From a virus (lineage: Duplodnaviria; Caudoviricetes), in the IMG/VR virus record IMGVR_UViG_3300027741_000070, positions 1 through 59,327 of that record: a stretch of DNA of 59,327 nt, one strand, 5' to 3'. Within the stretch, counting starts at the first letter, position 1. Every line of letters starts with the position of its first letter. The position numbers and the translations under genes are program-made. The notes under the pieces are model-generated. The model saw nothing but the letters and a program-made list of their open reading frames with translations, ran no database searches and had not been told where the DNA came from. This document shows positions 54,121 to 59,327 of the stretch, one piece after another.

Positions 54121-55134
54121 CTAGCCTCTTAGATATGCGCCAAGACCGGCAATCCCCAAACCGCCCAACTGTTGTAGGGATGATGGCGTCGGGGTATAGC
54201 TAACAGTACGAGAACCAAGCGCACCTGAATTACCGCGCAGAAGGTCGCTATAGAACTGAAGCTGACTCTTTTCCCAGTCACGCTTTTCCATTGCTTGTTG
54301 GTAATCAACGTCACGTTGCTTCTGTTCCAATGCCTGCTGTTCTGTACCCACCGCACCTTGAGCTTTGAGGCGGTCAAGGTTGGCTTGTTGTTCAGCAGAA
54401 CCAAGTTTGCCCATCAATTCAGAACCAGCCAGACCTTGCTGAAGACCCTGCATACCCAGAGTGCCAAGGTACTGTTGTTGTTTCTGAGCCGCATCAAACG
54501 CGCTTTGATAGCCTTTACCAAGGATGTCACCAACCATCTGATTGGCATTACGCTCACGTTCAGCAGACATTAGGGCTTGACGGCTACCGCCAAATGCCCC
54601 GCCCCTCATGCTTTGAATAGCATCATTGCGCTTTGCATAATCGGCTTGAAGATTGGCTTCACGAATCTGCGGATTCAAGGCGCCTTGAATGTAGTCCGAC
54701 ATATAGTTTTGAGTCGGACCAAAAGCAGCATTTAAACCACGCTCTGCGGTTCCGTATCCCAACAAATTGCCAATACCGGCGCCTTGGGTTGCTTGACCAA
54801 ATTGACCCGGAGTTTTAAGGCCCATCGTTTCATTAAACACTTGCTGTTGGTTGGGATTGAAACCAGCAACACGCTGACCTTGATACGGCTCATACTGTTT
54901 AATGCCCGTGACATTTCCAGAAGAATCTGTATTAAAAACATTCTTACCAGTTTGCTTCAGAAGCTCTGTGTAGTAAGGCTGTGCGTATGCAGGAAGGTTT
55001 GTTTGGCTAACATTTGAGGTTGTGGTAGATGGCTGGCTACCGCCACCACCTTGCGGCTTAATTCGCTTATCACCGACGTGCTTAAACGCCTCAATCGGAA
55101 GGTCTGGAATTTCTGCAAGTAGTGCGCGGCTCAT
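54121..55134 (-). CDS. Ejection (DNA transfer) protein
   Basis: Short leader followed by GGGGS; GAFGGSRQAL motif; C-terminal amphipathic LQQLGGLGIAGLGAY. Confidence 0.7.
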   Translation of the reverse strand: MSRALLAEIPDLPIEAFKHVGDKRIKPQGGGGSQPSTTTSNVSQTNLPAYAQPYYTELLKQTGKNVFNTDSSGNVTGIKQYEPYQGQRVAGFNPNQQQVFNETMGLKTPGQFGQATQGAGIGNLLGYGTAERGLNAAFGPTQNYMSDYIQGALNPQIREANLQADYAKRNDAIQSMRGGAFGGSRQALMSAERERNANQMVGDILGKGYQSAFDAAQKQQQYLGTLGMQGLQQGLAGSELMGKLGSAEQQANLDRLKAQGAVGTEQQALEQKQRDVDYQQAMEKRDWEKSQLQFYSDLLRGNSGALGSRTVSYTPTPSSLQQLGGLGIAGLGAYLRG

Positions 55135-55538
55135 AAATCTTTCTCCACAATGACGTAACGACGCTCAAAGTTAAACAGTCGCTTCCACAACCGTTCTATT
55201 GATTCACGTGCTGCGCCTTGAATTTTTGAAGCTCCATTGAACTTACACCAATCAGTAAGCTCTTTAAACATATCTTTATTGGCTATCAGCCTTCCACCAA
55301 TACTTGTGACATATGCAACTCGATAGTTGGGATAGTCAATAAACTGAACTGTTGCCGCGCCTTTGATGGCGTTTTCTTCTACTGCTACTAATAAAATCTG
55401 TTCGCCGCGCAGAATCATTACTTTCATATGGTCGGCATTATATTCGCCACAACCATATTGAAGTGCATCTTTAATGAATCCAACTACATCAGGCCATACC
55501 TGATGGATGTACTGCGGTGGAACCTGTTCTACTTTCAT
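55131..55538 (-). CDS. GNAT-like protein in the ejection module
   Basis: GAATVQFIDYPN.RVAYVTSIGG...WCKFNGASKIQGAAR...LW. Confidence 0.6.
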   Translation of the reverse strand: MKVEQVPPQYIHQVWPDVVGFIKDALQYGCGEYNADHMKVMILRGEQILLVAVEENAIKGAATVQFIDYPNYRVAYVTSIGGRLIANKDMFKELTDWCKFNGASKIQGAARESIERLWKRLFNFERRYVIVEKDL

Positions 55539-56722
55539 GCCGGAAGATATTTCTTCGGGTTAATTTGTTTGCCTTGCTGAGTCGTTCCGGTGCGGGCATG
55601 GCGAATCTTGTCCATCATACTGTATAAACGCTGTGCGCCAGCCTTAGTTGAACCGTTACCCAGATGCGATACAACATCGGCAGGCACAATAAATTCTCCG
55701 TCTGCCAGACGGGCGGGTTGCTTGCCTTCAATGGTTGCTGGAATCGAATCGCTCATGCCATCGCCGGGACCATCAAGGTAGCCACCACGGGCAAAGCTGG
55801 CTATACCACCAACAGATTTATTTAACATCGGCACACCGTACCTGCCTGATTGATACTCAGCGGGATTGCTATCTGGGTCTGGTGTTTCGTTTACATCACC
55901 ACCTTCAGCAAACAAACGCAATCCACTATCGGTATTAAGGTTTAATGTTGCGCGCGGGTCGTACGTGTCTTCTTTTTCTTGCGGCATCTTGGGCGGTTCA
56001 ATGCCAGCTAATCCCGCCATACCAAGTGGAAGACCAACCTTACCAGCAGCCATCAAATCAGCGTTGGGGCCGGTGCCACCAAGCGATTTAACAAACGCAT
56101 CACGACCAGCGGAGTTCCCAAGATTGGCAATACCCCGCCCCATTTGACCAAACGTGGGCGCCGCTTGGCTTGCCGCGCCAGCGGCTCCAGCATCTGGCAT
56201 AAAGGATGTGAGTTTGCCCATAGCGGAGGCGCTACTCATTGCATCAGCGCCGGGAATCACTGAACCACTTTCCATAGCTGTAGAAACAGTCGGTGTGGCA
56301 AGGCTATTGGCCCCAGCCGCACCAGAAGTTGCACCAGAGGCCGCGCCAGAGGCTCCAAGCGCATTGCCAATGCCAGCCCCACCATATCCACCCAAACCGC
56401 CCATAAGCGCGCCCATAAGCGGGTCTTTTCCGTTTAAAGCAGCGCCAGTAGCAGCACCAGCCATTACCGGGATAAGCATGGAAGTTCCACCAGTTAGCGG
56501 GGCGGCGACAGCGCCGACGATAGTCGGTAGTAGTGACTTAAAGAAACCACCAAGGTTAAACGCTTCAGGAAGTCCGGTATGCGGGTTATGAGTAAGATGA
56601 GTACCATTAATCGAAGCAATGCCATGAAGTGCCGACACTTCTTGCGGCGACATATGGACAAGCGTAGTGTCACCGTGGCGACCCATCGCTTCTAAATGTT
56701 TTGCTACTTCACGCATACTCAT
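55535..56722 (-). CDS. Internal virion/ejection protein
   Basis: N-terminal GRHGDTTLVHM...NPHTGLPEA; Gly/Ala-rich hydrophobic segments; C-terminal FARGG..GPGDGMSDSIPA...LADGEFIVPADVVS. Confidence 0.75.
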   Translation of the reverse strand: MSMREVAKHLEAMGRHGDTTLVHMSPQEVSALHGIASINGTHLTHNPHTGLPEAFNLGGFFKSLLPTIVGAVAAPLTGGTSMLIPVMAGAATGAALNGKDPLMGALMGGLGGYGGAGIGNALGASGAASGATSGAAGANSLATPTVSTAMESGSVIPGADAMSSASAMGKLTSFMPDAGAAGAASQAAPTFGQMGRGIANLGNSAGRDAFVKSLGGTGPNADLMAAGKVGLPLGMAGLAGIEPPKMPQEKEDTYDPRATLNLNTDSGLRLFAEGGDVNETPDPDSNPAEYQSGRYGVPMLNKSVGGIASFARGGYLDGPGDGMSDSIPATIEGKQPARLADGEFIVPADVVSHLGNGSTKAGAQRLYSMMDKIRHARTGTTQQGKQINPKKYLPA

Positions 56723-56752
56723 AGTTGTAACCTTTAAACGGTTTGTTGAATA

Positions 56753-57346
56753 TTAAGGTATTGCTGATACAAAAGAAAGAGTGGCAATTACTGATGCCGT
56801 AGTTGGTCGTGTTGGTGTTGTTTGCGCAGCGTATGTTTGCAGCGTTACCAATGCGTTGTTGGTAGACCAATAAATTTCAATATAGTCTGCGGCGGCTAAT
56901 TGAATGTAATAATTCCACGCACCGTTTGCCTGTCCAGCCTGCACTAAAGTGTTCCTCGTGGAACCAACTACATCAGTGCCATTCTTTCTCAACCAAACGC
57001 TAAGGCTTCGCGCCACAGAATCAGAGTTAAGAATTTGAGCAGACCATTGAAGGTTATAAATGCCCGGATAAGCCACAGTCATCCGTGAAGATGAAGCAAT
57101 TGATGTGGAGTTTTTGTAATCCACAACTTCCAAAGCAACTGCTGTAGCCGTATTAGCGGTAGCAGTCTGGGTTACTAAACTTTTCCACGCGCCATATGGA
57201 TTAACTACTTTGGTGCCATCCCAATACGCAAAATCAATCTGATTAAAATACAAGCGCAATGAGTTATCGCGCTGCTGTTGTTGGTCTTGGCTGTATGTCG
57301 TTGTCGGTATAGGTAGCGACGGAGCATTGAATTTTATAAGCCCCAT
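56753..57346 (-). CDS. Tail accessory protein with C1q/TNF-like beta-sandwich
   Basis: LRLYFNQID coil followed by PGIYNLQWSAQ...VWLRKNG...DYIEIYW. Confidence 0.6.
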   Translation of the reverse strand: MGLIKFNAPSLPIPTTTYSQDQQQQRDNSLRLYFNQIDFAYWDGTKVVNPYGAWKSLVTQTATANTATAVALEVVDYKNSTSIASSSRMTVAYPGIYNLQWSAQILNSDSVARSLSVWLRKNGTDVVGSTRNTLVQAGQANGAWNYYIQLAAADYIEIYWSTNNALVTLQTYAAQTTPTRPTTASVIATLSFVSAIP

Positions 57347-59327
57347 TTAACTTCTCCGGCCATCTTCTCGTGCGTCAAGACGCGGGAAACCTAGTTGCCA
57401 TTGAACGCCCAAAGTGTTTGAGCCAATCGTGAAGTTCATCTGACGGCCCCGCGCACGAATAAACACTTGGTTTGTGTACTGGTCAAACGTAGCGGTGGTA
57501 AGCGCCGTAGTAGTTACGTTCTGCGTTGTGGTCTGACCTTCTTCATTTGTGGTAGAACTAGCCGCACCGGGGAAGTTACGCACACCCACAGTCACATACG
57601 CAGTGGCATTTGCTACGGTTGAATTCAAAAAGTTAACGTCAGGGATAATCCGACGCATTAACATAAACTGATTGCCGTCACCAATATCAAAGTCAGCGGA
57701 TGTAATGTAAGAGTCTAAGGCCGCGCTGGTGCCAACTGGGCCTCCGGCATCAACACCAGTATCGTGCTGGTAAATCCAACCATCTTGAGCCGCGATAGGA
57801 TTAATTACATATCCTGCGTCAGTCCAATATGTACGGTTTAACGTACCAAAATACCAAATTTGTTCTTGGTAATTAAAGATTACATATCTATTAAGAGTGT
57901 TTGATGTGGCGTCAGCATATATCCACATCACTTCGTTAAACTCACCATTACCCCCGGCAACAAATAATGGAGCAAGCCGCTGGTTAACACCGGGGTCTTG
58001 ATAAATAAACTGACGTAGCGTACATGGCAAGGTATCAACACGACCATTGTATTGATAGAACTTATCAACGCCCATCCAATACACAACGTTGTTTGCGCCA
58101 ATTACAGAATTTGGCCCCATGATGCTGGTGTTGTTTGCGAGTTCTTGAAGACCAAAAATATCTGAGGTGCCAAGGAACTGTAATGAATTTACAGTGAAGT
58201 CTGTTAAAACAAGAATTTCTTGCCGAGTTCTGTATCCAGTAACAATTTTTGAGCCAGCGGCTACGCGCAAATCGCCAGCAGTGTTTGTTGCAGTCGGATA
58301 CCAATCTTGTGGTTGCGGACCGTTTACAGGGTCTACATTAGACCAACGGATAAGAAGTGGGTCGTATGTATTTGTTAAGTCAGTACATCCCAGAGCTAAC
58401 AAATGACCAGATGGCGCAAACAGTATTTGTCCCACTTGTCGTGGTACAGAAGTAGCACCAGCAACAGAAGATAACAAAACAGCCCTACTAGCAAATGAAC
58501 TGTCGTAAGGCCAAACAAAAATATTAGTACCGGCAGTGTCGTACAAAGACTGTCCGGTTGCATCTTTGATATTGAAATATAAGTCATTTATATAGCGGTC
58601 TTGGAACACCAGTCGAGCGGGTGACGCCACAGAAGAAGTCGAGGCATACCCCCATGCAGCCGTACCCCAAGTACCAGCGCCCCAACCATAGCCGCGTGAA
58701 ATGTCAGCAGCCCCAACGTGTATTTGGAACGCAGCAGAAATGCCTGTGCCCCCACCGGTTGCAGTTGTGGCTGTTGATGAAATGGTAATTAAAAAGCTAG
58801 TGCTATTTAATACGCTTTGAATCTGAAATTCTTTATTAAATGCGGAAGCTGCAACTCCACCAATCGTTCCGGCGACGCCACTAAAAGTAACAAAATCATT
58901 TACGTCGGCACCATTTCCATTTATAGAAACCAGAACGGTTGTATTTGTAAAAGATGCAGTAATTGTTGTGCTTGAAACTGTTTGAGAGGTGCTTACCGTA
59001 TAATTACCAACTCCGCCCGTTCCGGTTCCAAACGCAGTAATAGTTGTTCCAGAAACAACGCCGGTTCCAGAAATGGTCATGCCCAAATAAATGGTGCCAG
59101 AAAAAACGGCGGAAACAGTTAATGTCGCACCACTAATAGAACCCGTTACTACTGCCGTAGGATTTGTCGTAAAGCAGTTGTTTGTTGTTGGAGACGTAAT
59201 TGTTGTACGAATTGGCGTAATATCGTTAAGCGGCACACCACCAGAATAAATAGCAACATACTGTTTTGTGTTGGTTGAAACACCAACCAACTGGCTGCCA
59301 TCCGAAGCTGCGTATGGAAACAAAGAC
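57347..59327 (-). CDS. Tail nozzle/DNA stabilisation protein (P22 gp10-like), 5' truncated by the window edge
   Basis: DPLLIRWS...AGDLR...VYWMG.DKFY.YNG.V.TLPC...RRIIPD...RARGRQ...WQLG.PRLD; frame is open to the window end. Confidence 0.8.
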   Translation of the reverse strand, partial: SLFPYAASDGSQLVGVSTNTKQYVAIYSGGVPLNDITPIRTTITSPTTNNCFTTNPTAVVTGSISGATLTVSAVFSGTIYLGMTISGTGVVSGTTITAFGTGTGGVGNYTVSTSQTVSSTTITASFTNTTVLVSINGNGADVNDFVTFSGVAGTIGGVAASAFNKEFQIQSVLNSTSFLITISSTATTATGGGTGISAAFQIHVGAADISRGYGWGAGTWGTAAWGYASTSSVASPARLVFQDRYINDLYFNIKDATGQSLYDTAGTNIFVWPYDSSFASRAVLLSSVAGATSVPRQVGQILFAPSGHLLALGCTDLTNTYDPLLIRWSNVDPVNGPQPQDWYPTATNTAGDLRVAAGSKIVTGYRTRQEILVLTDFTVNSLQFLGTSDIFGLQELANNTSIMGPNSVIGANNVVYWMGVDKFYQYNGRVDTLPCTLRQFIYQDPGVNQRLAPLFVAGGNGEFNEVMWIYADATSNTLNRYVIFNYQEQIWYFGTLNRTYWTDAGYVINPIAAQDGWIYQHDTGVDAGGPVGTSAALDSYITSADFDIGDGNQFMLMRRIIPDVNFLNSTVANATAYVTVGVRNFPGAASSTTNEEGQTTTQNVTTTALTTATFDQYTNQVFIRARGRQMNFTIGSNTLGVQWQLGFPRLDAREDGRRS

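Noticed and set aside
1-59327. Window as a complete circular genome
   Set aside because: Joining the ends puts the ORF starting at 25 (MAGYLQSS) out of frame with the nozzle gene, whose N-terminus is missing; no endolysin is seen either.

Overview
The window is most of the genome of a tailed dsDNA phage (Caudoviricetes) of the uncultured podovirus-like type. It has a Mu gpT-like major capsid protein, a P22-type portal/nozzle, ejection proteins and a 2540-aa polyvalent protein. The minus-strand late arm (1-27995 and 44705-59327) encodes terS/terL, portal, GroES, scaffold, capsid, adaptors, four tail fibres and ejection proteins. A plus-strand early operon (28863-34633) carries a CobS/MoxR AAA+ ATPase, a vWA-like partner and many small ORFs. 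A replication/recombination block follows (primase-helicase, HNH, metallophosphoesterase, resolvase, Cas4-like nuclease, ERF, SSB, MazG, tRNA-Leu(UAA)). I saw no DNA polymerase, integrase, endolysin, reverse transcriptase or CRISPR, and the two ends do not join in frame, so part of the genome is missing. The most striking signal is an RNA layer in the early operon. It comprises two canonical hammerhead ribozymes of different topology (type II at about 31735-31801, type I at 34581-34633), a roughly 340-nt multi-stem leader RNA upstream of cobS that I cannot assign to a family, a recurring GGAGACC ribosome-binding motif, and a complementary TGGTCTCC element on the 5' arm of the first ribozyme. 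All assignments come from motif recognition and manual base-pairing; no searches or folding programs were run.
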